From: Planctomycetota bacterium
Lineage (GTDB): Bacteria > Planctomycetota > UBA8108 > UBA1146
Assembly (NCBI GenBank): GCA_028825265.1
Contig: JAPKAM010000003.1
Location: forward strand, 3,547 to 67,546
Direction: 5' to 3'
Length of the DNA stretch: 64,000 nucleotides
A program made the position numbers and the translations under genes. A model generated the notes under the pieces. That model was not told where the DNA came from. It worked only from the letters and a program-made list of their open reading frames with translations, and did not search any database. Positions 22,401 to 31,615 of this stretch are shown here, piece after piece. Position 1 is the first letter of the stretch; each line of letters begins with the position of its first letter.

Positions 22401-25184
22401 TCATCGGTCCCTTTTTCGCTTCTTGCGGCGTGCCTCGATCAATTTCTGGAAATCTGCGGACCGATGATCGGCGATCTCAGGGGTCTCCCCTTGCCGCTCA
22501 GAATCCACCTTCGGTTCGACCGAAGAGGGTTGAGCCGCTGGTTTCCTTCTCGCCGCGATGGCCCTGCGGACTAGAGGTGGCGTATCGGTGGCTTCCTTGG
22601 CGATGGGTTTCGAGGATCTCTTGAGCACTGGAATCTTCAACTGCACCCGCCGAGTAACGATGTCAAAAAAGAACAGGAACAATCCCACGATGGCCAGTGG
22701 ATGCCACAATGGACTGCGGTCCTTTCGTTGCGGTAACGAGCGGTCAAGAAGATCATCGGCATCGGTCAAGATCCTACCGCCGGAAGCTTCAGCAATTCTC
22801 TTCAACAGTTCTTCGTTACTTTGAAGTACCCGAAATTCTGCAGGATATCCAACCGAGATCGACTTCGTCTGACCACCGATATGACCCTGCCCATCATCGT
22901 GATTGACATGGATCAGATACGACCCTTCCTGGGCTGCATCGAACTTCCCAATGTAGCGACCAGGAGCGACCTGATTCACAACGATCTTGCGCTCCGATTG
23001 GTCCGGGCTGATCAGAGTGCACTCCAGTTCCATCCCATCGAGGAATCTCCCGTCGGGATCGATGGCATCGACGATCAGTTGAGCTGAATCTCCTTCGATC
23101 GAGTGGGAGATCTCGAGGACTCCCTCTTCCAGTTCTCGGGAGATGGAGCGCACCAGTTGGGTCCAGAAGGTGGAATTCCCACTCCACCCTTGCCACTGCT
23201 CACTCCACCGAGCTCTCGCATCGCTCATGAAGGCTGCAGTTTTCCCGATGCCGTGCCTTCCGAGCGCCAGCAATGGGTCCTCTTCCTGATTGACCAGTAC
23301 CAGATTCGAGAGCGGCTTGATGGTGGTCAACACGATCCCATGGAGCGGCGGGAAGCCGGACTCCAGTCCTCGAATCGGATCTGCAATCTCGACGATGGTC
23401 GGGGTGAATGTCTCCTCGGTTATCAAATTCCGTTTCACCTCCAGCGCTTCCCTGAAGAAGATCTGTGGCAAACTGGCTGGATGATCGACAAAGTAAAATC
23501 GGCCCCCAGTCGAACTCGCGATCTTCTTCATCGTTGCAGTAGCCGACGCTCCTGAATGGGGCTGGATGCATATGGTCGAGACGGAAATCCCAGCCTGCGC
23601 ATAGGCGTCGAGCAACCTCATTCCTGGTTTGACAGGATCACCGTCGGAGATGATCACCACATGTTTCGAGTAGCTGTTCGAGCGAAGCAAACCCAGTAAA
23701 GCCATCTGCATCGATGCCCCGAAGGTCGTCATATCTGCCGGCTGGAGAGTGTTGATCTTCTTCTGGATCTCCCCCCGATCTCCCAACGGTCCCAGAGGAA
23801 TACCCCAGTAATCGACTCCTCCGCTGTACACCAGTACACCGAATTCATCCTTGGGGGTCAGGGGTTCGATGGAAGCGAAGGCGATTCTTCTCGCCCACAT
23901 ATTTCCCAGTTCGAATTCGCAGGTGTGGAGAATCACCGCCAACGCCCCGTTGGGCAGATTTTTGCGCTGCTGGATATCCATCTTCACCGGTAGAGCTTTT
24001 TCGACCTCGGTCCCCCTCCATCCTCCGGCTCCAAAGGAGTTGGGTCCCCCGACCATCAGCAATCCCATGCCCGTGGTGTGTACCACCTTTTCAAGCATGG
24101 CGATCCGCTGAGGATCGATGCTGAATGCGGAGATATCGTCGAGAATCAACGCTTCGATCCCGAAGTACTCCTCTGGCTTCAGTGGAATTTGATCAGGGGT
24201 GAGCCGCTGAACGTTGATATTTCCGGAGGTGAGTAACCTCTCCAGGGTTCGATCAGGATCCTCGCTCACGAGCACCACTCTCGGCGGGTGAATGGTTCTC
24301 ACCAGCCCGATCCCAAAATTGTTCTGCTCCAGCGAATCCAGTCCCGGCTCAGGATGCACCGAAACATTCAGCCGCTGAAGGATGGAAGTTCCTCCATCCA
24401 AGGTGAATGCGATCCGATTTCTTCCTGCCTCGAGGGTCATTGGGCGGCGCTCGATGATTCCTTCACCATCGGCAAGAACCACCGTTGCGGACCCAGCAGA
24501 ACTGGACCAGATGATGGAATCGACAGAAAATACCTGACCTGGCCTGACCGTCTCAGGAGCCTCGACGCTCTCCATGATCACTTCTCTGGGGTGGTCGTAT
24601 CTCACCGGCATGACATCGACAGCGATTCCCGCGGCCGCGAGATTTTTGGCCTCTCGAACCGGATCTCCCTCGGTTGAGTTCCCGTCGCTGATCAAAACGA
24701 TGCGGCGCGAACCACCTGGCGCACTGCCCTCCAGAGCACTCGCCGAATATCTCAACGCTGCAGCGATGTCGGAACCGCTTCGATCGATCTTGACCGAGGT
24801 CCCAGAGCCTAGCCTCATCGCCATCGGTTGTTCTTGTTGCTGGTCCTTGGCAAACGAAATCAACGACACCTGGTCCGGATATTCGAGAGTCCCGAGACGC
24901 CTCGATGTCTTTGAAATCGCCTCATCTGTGACGAGGCGTGGCACGGATGCCGAGAGATCTCTCAACACCAGAATACTGAGGCCATCTCCACCGGTCAGGT
25001 GAACCATCCTGGCCAGCGCCAACACCAGTGCGGTGATCGCCATGCCACGAAGTACCAGTGCGGTTTTTTTCACGGCATTCGGTAATCCCGCTCGACTACC
25101 TGTAGAGATGAAAACCAGCGAAGCCAGCAGCGGGATTCCTGCCAGAAGCCACATAGGCTGGTCGAAATCGATGGGCACGCTCAC
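22401..25184 (-). CDS. Membrane protein with two vWA domains and a GATase1-like domain
   Basis: N-terminal BatA-like TM pair; DLSAS MIDAS and LISDG; LLMVGGPNSFGAGGW; second vWA (IISDG); GKTAAFMSD..W..W; C-terminal TM; GTGA overlap at 25181-25184. Confidence 0.85.
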   Translation of the reverse strand: MSVPIDFDQPMWLLAGIPLLASLVFISTGSRAGLPNAVKKTALVLRGMAITALVLALARMVHLTGGDGLSILVLRDLSASVPRLVTDEAISKTSRRLGTLEYPDQVSLISFAKDQQQEQPMAMRLGSGTSVKIDRSGSDIAAALRYSASALEGSAPGGSRRIVLISDGNSTEGDPVREAKNLAAAGIAVDVMPVRYDHPREVIMESVEAPETVRPGQVFSVDSIIWSSSAGSATVVLADGEGIIERRPMTLEAGRNRIAFTLDGGTSILQRLNVSVHPEPGLDSLEQNNFGIGLVRTIHPPRVVLVSEDPDRTLERLLTSGNINVQRLTPDQIPLKPEEYFGIEALILDDISAFSIDPQRIAMLEKVVHTTGMGLLMVGGPNSFGAGGWRGTEVEKALPVKMDIQQRKNLPNGALAVILHTCEFELGNMWARRIAFASIEPLTPKDEFGVLVYSGGVDYWGIPLGPLGDRGEIQKKINTLQPADMTTFGASMQMALLGLLRSNSYSKHVVIISDGDPVKPGMRLLDAYAQAGISVSTICIQPHSGASATATMKKIASSTGGRFYFVDHPASLPQIFFREALEVKRNLITEETFTPTIVEIADPIRGLESGFPPLHGIVLTTIKPLSNLVLVNQEEDPLLALGRHGIGKTAAFMSDARARWSEQWQGWSGNSTFWTQLVRSISRELEEGVLEISHSIEGDSAQLIVDAIDPDGRFLDGMELECTLISPDQSERKIVVNQVAPGRYIGKFDAAQEGSYLIHVNHDDGQGHIGGQTKSISVGYPAEFRVLQSNEELLKRIAEASGGRILTDADDLLDRSLPQRKDRSPLWHPLAIVGLFLFFFDIVTRRVQLKIPVLKRSSKPIAKEATDTPPLVRRAIAARRKPAAQPSSVEPKVDSERQGETPEIADHRSADFQKLIEARRKKRKRDR

Positions 25185-26104
25185 CTTGATTCCCCCGGAA
25201 TTGCAGATGTCACCACCCGGTGATTTCCCGTGTCTGCAATCAATAACCTGGGAACGGGTCCAGTTCGAGAGACCGCCACACCGCGGGGCTCGCTGAGTTG
25301 TCCGGTACGACGACCTGTTCCCCCTACCACTGCCACCAACGAACCGTCGGCCCTGAATCGTTGCACCCGACAACCAGCCTTATCGACCACCACAAAACTC
25401 CCGTCTCCGACGGTATCGATGTCAAATGGGGTATCGAACTGACCCGCAGCTCTCCCCGGTGCCCCGATGGTCTGGAGGTGTTCACCATCGAGGGTGAATC
25501 GAAGCACCCTGTGATGACCGCAATCAACCACCAGCACCGTTCCATCCACGTCGATGGCCAATCCTTCAGGCCGGAGAAACTGGCCTGGACCGTCGCCTCG
25601 TTCTCCCCAGACCTTCATCAACTGACCGTGGCGATCGAAGCGGAAGATACGATCGAGTTCGCCGTAGGATGCGACCAGGATCGAACCGTCTGCAGCAACA
25701 TCGATACCTCGGACCAGTTCCAGCCCCACATCTTCGCCAAATCGGCGCACTTCGTTGCCATCGATGTCGAACTCGATGATTCTCATGTAGTGAGTATCAG
25801 CGACCAGCAGCGTTCCCTCAGAGGTGCTACACAGATCGATCGGATGACCTGCAGACCATTCCGGAAGCATCCACACATCCTTCAACTCTCCTGCGACATC
25901 GAACCGTTGAGCTCTACCGCTGCGGTCGATGACGATGCACTGCTGCTGCGGCAGGGCTTCGATCGCCCTCGGCTGAAAGAAACGGCCAACACCCCGACCC
26001 GGGCCTCCGATCAATTCCACATTCTTCAGTGGTTTGGTATCCACCGAGGAGGAGACGCAGCAGTTGATCAGCAGCAGAGCCAACAGCCAGATCCTGGATC
26101 GCAT
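25181..26104 (-). CDS. NHL-repeat beta-propeller, probable lipoprotein
   Basis: Signal peptide ending in CC; repeats FFQPRAI, FLRPEGLAI, FDTPFDI, LSEPRGVAV..ADTGNHRV. Confidence 0.85.
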   Translation of the reverse strand: MRSRIWLLALLLINCCVSSSVDTKPLKNVELIGGPGRGVGRFFQPRAIEALPQQQCIVIDRSGRAQRFDVAGELKDVWMLPEWSAGHPIDLCSTSEGTLLVADTHYMRIIEFDIDGNEVRRFGEDVGLELVRGIDVAADGSILVASYGELDRIFRFDRHGQLMKVWGERGDGPGQFLRPEGLAIDVDGTVLVVDCGHHRVLRFTLDGEHLQTIGAPGRAAGQFDTPFDIDTVGDGSFVVVDKAGCRVQRFRADGSLVAVVGGTGRRTGQLSEPRGVAVSRTGPVPRLLIADTGNHRVVTSAIPGESR

Positions 26105-26162
26105 GCAGGGCTCTCCTCTTGTGATTGAACGGGGACACACGAAGGTCGAGGACAGCGATCGC

Positions 26163-27791
26163 TCAGTCTTCAGTTCTCCCCTGGAGACGATCAAAGTAAT
26201 CTTGAGCCACTTGGCGAAGGGAGGCGGGAACTCGCTGGATCTTGAGTTCAGATTCTGCGATTCGAGAACCCGCTTTTACCGCCTGTCGCAGAATCGCCTT
26301 GGCCTCCCCCGATGGAGCCTCCCCTTCGACCAGCAGGGTCGCCACCGTCTGTCCCGGATGAGCTTTGCCTGGCAGTTTCTCGGGAGTCGACGAGGTCTCG
26401 CCATCCTTGGCAGATGGACTGGAACCGCCACCGAGACCCAGTTGCAATCCCGGGCCTCCGGCTAGGCCCGCAGCCGCGGATCCCTTCGACCCTGCTTTTT
26501 GTGTCTGTGTATGAACGAAACTTCGCTCACTGGAAGAACCCTGTCAGGTCCCTCCCTTGGCTTGTCAGGTTCCCGCCAGGCAAGCGGGGCAAATCTCCGG
26601 CGGCGGACCGTCGGGCCATTCCGAAGGCAAGGCGCTCAATTCTGCTTCGGTGAACTGGATCTGCTTTCGAGCATGATCGAGCAGCTCGCTCTCCCTCAGC
26701 AACTTGGCCAGTTGATCCAGTTGCTGCGACAGGTTCTGCAGATCCTCTTGCGATAACGCCTTCGCATCTTTCAACTTTGAACTCAATTGATCCGACAGTC
26801 CCAGAGCTTCCGCCAACTTTGCCAGATCGGCTCTCGCTTGTTGCCCCTTGGCACCGGCGCTCGCCGCAGCCTTGGCCAACTTCTGCAGTTCCTGCCCGGC
26901 CCGCCCCAGTTGCCCCTTTTGCAGGGCAGTCTGCAATTGCGTTGCGGCTTCAGAACCCGGGCTGTCCTTCTTCTGACCCGCCTGACGCACCCGATCCGCA
27001 GTCGCCCTCACAGATTTGAGTTCCGCTCGAGTCATGCGACTCGCCACCTGACTCCGATTCTTCTGGGCCCGCTCTAGTGCGCTCTTGCGTGGCGAAGTCT
27101 CCGGCGACCTGTGATTGGTCTTCGCCACCACTGGCTTCGGTTTGCGTGAGAGAGCCTTAAGCAGTTTCTGAGTTTCAGGATCGATCTGATGACGTTCCGC
27201 TAACTGGGTCACATCTCTCAGTCGTCGCTCCAGTGATGCCACTTTTCTGGCGCTGCGATCGGTTTCCTTTTTCCTACTCAACTTCTCTTCTTCAATTCCC
27301 AACAAGTCATAGGTCGGGAACGAAATGGCAGCGAGGCACGCGCAGAGCGCCACGACTACACGCCACGGGTTTCGTGGCTTCCCCAGTTCGATCGCGCGTT
27401 GTAAGTCGACCCGCTCCGCCACCTGTGCGGCATCGACCATGATCTTGTCGGTCGCCTCATCGCTGAATCCTTCGCCACGTGCCAGCAGTGAGGTGGAGAT
27501 GGTCTGAGGAATCTGCTCGCCCCGCTCCGCTTCGACCGCCTCGCCAAGACGCGACTTTCGAACCGACAGAAATGCTGCGGCGATCACCAGTAAAAAAGCA
27601 CCGAGAGGAAGGGTCGTCTCCAGCGTCTCGCTGATGGCCAGACTGAACAGGCGCTGCAATAGAATCAGAATCGCCCACGAGATCAGCGCCAGCGCCAAGG
27701 CATTACTGGAATGCCCCATCACCTCACGAAGTCTCCTTCGCAGGCGGATTCGACTCAGAAGTCGATCGACGGGATCCCGATTCGAACTCAT
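26163..27791 (-). CDS. Putative double-selenocysteine membrane-anchored coiled-coil protein (542 aa; U409, U416)
   Basis: ORFs 26565-27860 and 26163-26447 are in the same frame, interrupted only by TGA at 26565-26567 and 26544-26546: CPACLAGT-U-QAKGGT-U-QG. C-terminus VPASLRQVAQDYFDRL; SECIS-like hairpins follow each UGA. Confidence 0.7.
26511..26530 (-). promoter_or_regulatory. Candidate SECIS for the second UGA
   Basis: GUGAGCGA-AGUU-UCGUUCAU: 8-bp stem, loop 21 nt after the UGA, G at loop position 2. Confidence 0.55.
26532..26555 (-). promoter_or_regulatory. Candidate SECIS for the first UGA
   Basis: GGAGGGACCU-GACA-GGGUUCUUCC: 10-bp stem including G-U pairs, loop 19 nt after the UGA, G at loop position 1. 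Confidence 0.55.
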
Positions 27792-27905
27792 CCGGTTCTC
27801 TTTCCCATACCTGGGTGCCTGACAGCCCTCTTGTGAACCCGTAGATGCCCCGCTGGCCAACCCTTGGTCACCGATACTCCATGATAGGCTCTCAGGCGTA
27901 CCTAT

Positions 27906-28478
27906 TCAATCGGGAGAGAGACCTCGATCAGCACCGCTTTCACCCATCCAGGCTTCCAGATCGACGCCGAGCGAGTCTGCCACACGATTGATGTGATTGA
28001 AGAAACCGATCACATGAACCAGTTCCAGAATGGTGCCGTCATCGAATCCAACTCGTCGAAGCGCATCGATGTCGGATGCATCCATCTTCGAGGGGGAGCG
28101 AGTCAACTTCTCGGTAAAAGCGGCGATGATGCGGGCTCGTTCATCGAGAGTCTCTGGTCCGGACCGGACCGAATCGACGAGATCTTCACTTCCAGGAAGC
28201 GACTCCAGATCTCGCAGGTGTGAGAGCACTCAGTAGTGGCAGTCGTTGTACTGACTCGTGAGCACCGCGACCCATTCGCGTTCTGCTCGCGTCAGTCCTG
28301 ATGTCCCGTGCATCAGACGAACGTAGAGTTCGAGAAAGGGTTCCAGAAGGTCGGGCCGCGGAGACATCACCTGAATGATCTGGGCGACTTCTCCCGTTCG
28401 AGATCGAGATCCTGCATAGATCTTTTTCAGGATTCCGCTTTCATCTTGCTCTTCCGAAAGGGGTTCGATCCACGCCAT
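27906..28478 (-). CDS. AhpD/carboxymuconolactone decarboxylase-like peroxidase-related selenoprotein (190 aa, CxxU, U83)
   Basis: ORFs 28230-28478 and 27906-28229 are contiguous in frame across one TGA. LTRAEREWVAVLTSQYND-CHYU-VLSH matches the AhpD CxxC-x3-H motif; C-terminal FNHINRVADSLG. Confidence 0.9.
28177..28215 (-). promoter_or_regulatory. Hairpin downstream of the UGA, possible SECIS
   Basis: 9-bp stem GCGAGAUCU/AGAUCUCGU, GGAG bulge, 7-bp stem UCGCUUC/GAAGUGA, loop CUG 34 nt after the UGA; the loop G is at position 3, so the fit is imperfect. Confidence 0.4.
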
Positions 28479-28487
28479 CGGTTTCTC

Positions 28488-29576
28488 CTATCCACTCGCC
28501 GGAGGAGTTGCTCTCCTCGCCAGCATCCGATCGACCAGCACCAAGGCCATCATCGCCTCGACGATCGCCACTGCACGGGGCAGTACGCAGGGGTCGTGGC
28601 GACCTTTCCCCTCGAACTGGATCCCTTCCCCCGATCGATTAACGGTTTCTTGCGTGGTACCGATGGTCGATGTGGGCTTGAACCCAACCCGCAACCAGAG
28701 GGGAGCACCGCTGGTGATCCCGCCCTGCATTCCGCCCGATCGATTGGTCCGTTGGCCAATATTGCCAAGTTCATCGGAAGTGAAACTGTCATTGTTTTCG
28801 CTTCCAGTACGACTGGTAGCGGCGATTCCGTCCCCCAGTTCGAGCGTCACCGCTGCCGGAATCGACAACATGGCCGCCCCGAGCAAGGACTTCATCTTGG
28901 CAAAGACTGGATCCCCCCAACCGGCCGGCACTCCGCGAGCCACCACTCCGACCCAGCCGCCGAGGCTATCCCCCGTCTCCCTGGCCTGTTCGATCTGGTG
29001 AACAAAAGCGGTACTGGTGGCGGGCACCGGACAGCGAACCACCGACGCCTCTACGCGCTGGGAATCGACGGTCGAAGGGTCGACCTCTGCTCGGATCCCT
29101 GACACTTCATCGACCCAGCCAACGATCTCGATGCCATACTCTCGGGCCAGCATCACTCGACACACGGCGCCTGCTGCGACTCGAGCGGCGGTTTCGCGCG
29201 CACTGGCACGACCTCCGCCCCTCCGATCTCGATGTCCGTACCGAGCTTCGGTGGTGAAATCGGCGTGACCAGGGCGATAGAGATCTGCCATCTCCTGGTA
29301 ATCTGCCGGACGGGCATCGACCGATTCGATCCAGATCGCCAGCGGCGAACCGAGGGTTCTTCCATCGAGGACACCGGAGAGGATTCTGGGCAGATCCGGC
29401 TCTTTACGCGGCGATGCGAGGTCGCCCCCCGGCCGCCGTCTCGCCAGATCCGCAGCGATCACCGGTTCAGAGACGGGGACCCCGGCGGGAAGCCCGTCGA
29501 TCACGACGCCAATTCCAGGGCCATGTGACTCGCCCCAGGTAGTGATGCGGAGAAACTCTCCGAAGGAACTGCTCAT
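28488..29576 (-). CDS. aroC: Chorismate synthase
   Basis: TTWGESHG, RPGHAD, GGRASARETA, GGITSG, GRHDPCV. Confidence 0.97.
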   Translation of the reverse strand: MSSSFGEFLRITTWGESHGPGIGVVIDGLPAGVPVSEPVIAADLARRRPGGDLASPRKEPDLPRILSGVLDGRTLGSPLAIWIESVDARPADYQEMADLYRPGHADFTTEARYGHRDRRGGGRASARETAARVAAGAVCRVMLAREYGIEIVGWVDEVSGIRAEVDPSTVDSQRVEASVVRCPVPATSTAFVHQIEQARETGDSLGGWVGVVARGVPAGWGDPVFAKMKSLLGAAMLSIPAAVTLELGDGIAATSRTGSENNDSFTSDELGNIGQRTNRSGGMQGGITSGAPLWLRVGFKPTSTIGTTQETVNRSGEGIQFEGKGRHDPCVLPRAVAIVEAMMALVLVDRMLARRATPPASG

Positions 29577-29588
29577 GAAAGGAATGTA

Positions 29589-30707
29589 GTGATTCCACGG
29601 CCAGATGCCAGCATCCTGGCACCACTTGAATCGCCGGAGGTCATCAGCATGGTTGCTCAAATCAGCACAGCACTGGCGGACTGGTACCGCCCAGAGGTCC
29701 AGAAACTGCCCTGGCGAGGTGTGGGAGACCCGTATGCGATCTGGCTCTCCGAGGTGATGTTGCAACAAACCCGAGTGGCGACGGTGATTCCCTACTGGAA
29801 TCGATTCATGAAAAAGTTTCCCGATCCAGCAGCGCTGGCCCAGGCACCACTCGGTGAGGTGCTCGAGATGTGGGCAGGCCTCGGGTACTACTCCCGCGGA
29901 CGCAATCTCCATGCGGCGGCGAGGCAGATCGTCGAACTCCACGACGGCTCCTTCCCTCGCGATCCGCAACGGATACGTCAGTTGCCGGGAATCGGTGAAT
30001 ACACCACCGCAGCGATCTGCAGCATCGCCTTTGATGAACCGCTGGCAGTGATCGACGGAAACGTCGAGCGTGTGCTCTGTCGCTACCTCTGCCTCGATGG
30101 AGATCATCGCAAGGGCGTCGCACGTACTCGCCTACGGGATGCGGCGCAGGAGGCGCTCGACAGAACACATCCCGGCGATCACAACCAGGCGATGATGGAT
30201 CTTGGGCGGACCATCTGCACTCCTCGATCTCCCGATTGTAGTTCATGTCCCCTCGCCAAGGGTTGCGGCGCATACGCCAGCGGTGATGCCACCCGCTGGC
30301 CTCGACCGAAGATCAAACGAGCAACCGAAGAACAGTGGTGGGCGACCGCTGTGGTGGTGACCCGCCAGGGAGTGCTGCTGTGGCCCAACTCGGGTGAGCT
30401 GCTCACCGGCCACATGGGCACTCCACTGGTTCGCCTCGATGGCCCGGATTCCGATGCGGATCTCGAATTGCGAAAGCTGTTCAAAACTCTCGCCCTCGAT
30501 CTCCCCGAGTTGATCGGCCATGCCGATCGATTCCAGCACGCCATCACATACCGAAAATTGCAGGTCACTCCGCTAGTCTATCGCTGGAACCGTAGCACTC
30601 CCGAAGGAGTCAAACTGCTGGCTCTCGATGCCGCCGATCGGGTCCCGGCATTGCATCGCAAGGCGATCGAGGCGAGCAAGGAACTACTGCTGGAAATGAC
30701 ATCATGA
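29589..30707 (+). CDS. mutY: A/G-specific adenine glycosylase
   Basis: WLSEVMLQQT, WAGLGYYSR, LPGIGEYT, DGNVERV, CTPRSPDCSSCPLAKGC; start uncertain. Confidence 0.95.
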   Translation: MIPRPDASILAPLESPEVISMVAQISTALADWYRPEVQKLPWRGVGDPYAIWLSEVMLQQTRVATVIPYWNRFMKKFPDPAALAQAPLGEVLEMWAGLGYYSRGRNLHAAARQIVELHDGSFPRDPQRIRQLPGIGEYTTAAICSIAFDEPLAVIDGNVERVLCRYLCLDGDHRKGVARTRLRDAAQEALDRTHPGDHNQAMMDLGRTICTPRSPDCSSCPLAKGCGAYASGDATRWPRPKIKRATEEQWWATAVVVTRQGVLLWPNSGELLTGHMGTPLVRLDGPDSDADLELRKLFKTLALDLPELIGHADRFQHAITYRKLQVTPLVYRWNRSTPEGVKLLALDAADRVPALHRKAIEASKELLLEMTS

Positions 30708-31615
30708 ATCACTCCCCGATCGCTACTGCAGAGCAATGGAGAGCCACACCACGTCGGCGCACACCAGAAGAGGCCGCGGTGAGCGGCGCACTGATGTGTC
30801 CACCCGATCACTTCGATGTAATCGACATCCGAAATGCACACATGAGCGCACACATCGGCAAGATCGATGCCGTCGCAGCTCGCTGCCAGTGGGACTCGCT
30901 GACAGCGGCCATCGGTGCGATGGGACTCGAGGTCCATCGACTCGATCCGCCGGAAGGGCTGGTCGATGCAGTATTCACCGCCAACCCCTCGCTGGTTAGC
31001 GTCGATGCAACAGGACAACCGGTGGCCGTGATCGGAAAAATGGATCACCCCGACCGCCGGCCTGAGAGTGAGCTGCACCGCAGTCGATGGCTCCAGCTGG
31101 GCATCCGTTGCCTCGACATCGATGCGAACACTGCGGGGGCCTGGGAAGGCAATGGCGACACTCTCAAGCACCCGGGCCTGTCGCTTCTGTGGTGTGGAGT
31201 CGGCATGAGAAGCCAACTCGATTGCCATCTGGCAGTGGGACGAATGCTAGGACACGAGGTCGCCACTCTTGACCTCCAAGATCCGTGCTTCTATCACCTC
31301 GACACGGCGTTGGCGATGTTGCGTCAAGATTGTGCTGCCGTGGTTCGGAGCGCCTTCGACGAAACTGGAATCGACCTGTTGGAAAGTGCCTTCGATCTGC
31401 TGGTCGAGGTGGACGAGAATGAAGCCCGCGAGAAACTGGCGGGAAATCTATGGTGTCCAGACGGCCACCAGGTACTGATACCCGCGGGGGCCCCCATCAC
31501 CGCTGGCCGATTGTCGAAGCAGGGATTCGAGGTCACAGAGATCGAGACTGGAGAATTCTTGAAATCAGGAGGCAGCGTGTTCTGCATGAGACAGGAGATC
31601 CGTGAGTCGATCTGA
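30704..31615 (+). CDS. Amidinotransferase/dimethylarginine dimethylaminohydrolase family protein
   Basis: LMCPP, DAVFTAN, WEGNGD, FYHLDT, EFLKSGGSVFCM (catalytic Cys). Confidence 0.88.
   Translation: MNHSPIATAEQWRATPRRRTPEEAAVSGALMCPPDHFDVIDIRNAHMSAHIGKIDAVAARCQWDSLTAAIGAMGLEVHRLDPPEGLVDAVFTANPSLVSVDATGQPVAVIGKMDHPDRRPESELHRSRWLQLGIRCLDIDANTAGAWEGNGDTLKHPGLSLLWCGVGMRSQLDCHLAVGRMLGHEVATLDLQDPCFYHLDTALAMLRQDCAAVVRSAFDETGIDLLESAFDLLVEVDENEAREKLAGNLWCPDGHQVLIPAGAPITAGRLSKQGFEVTEIETGEFLKSGGSVFCMRQEIRESI

Noticed and set aside
26163..27791. Pseudogene reading of the split coiled-coil gene
   Set aside because: No frameshift, both stops are TGA next to CxxC, and each has a hairpin. Considered less likely than Sec but not excluded without homologues.
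26544..28232. Genome-wide UGA reassignment (Trp/Gly) as the cause of the in-frame TGAs
   Set aside because: Many genes here end at TGA at their expected C-termini, often with ATGA/GTGA overlaps, and Trp is encoded by TGG. The in-frame TGAs occur only in Cys-motif contexts.
14853..30107. Long 5' extensions in the ORF track (GT4 to 16379, vWA to 25373, aroC to 30107) and the many antisense ORFs
   Set aside because: They overlap well-supported genes and are shadow frames typical of GC-rich DNA.
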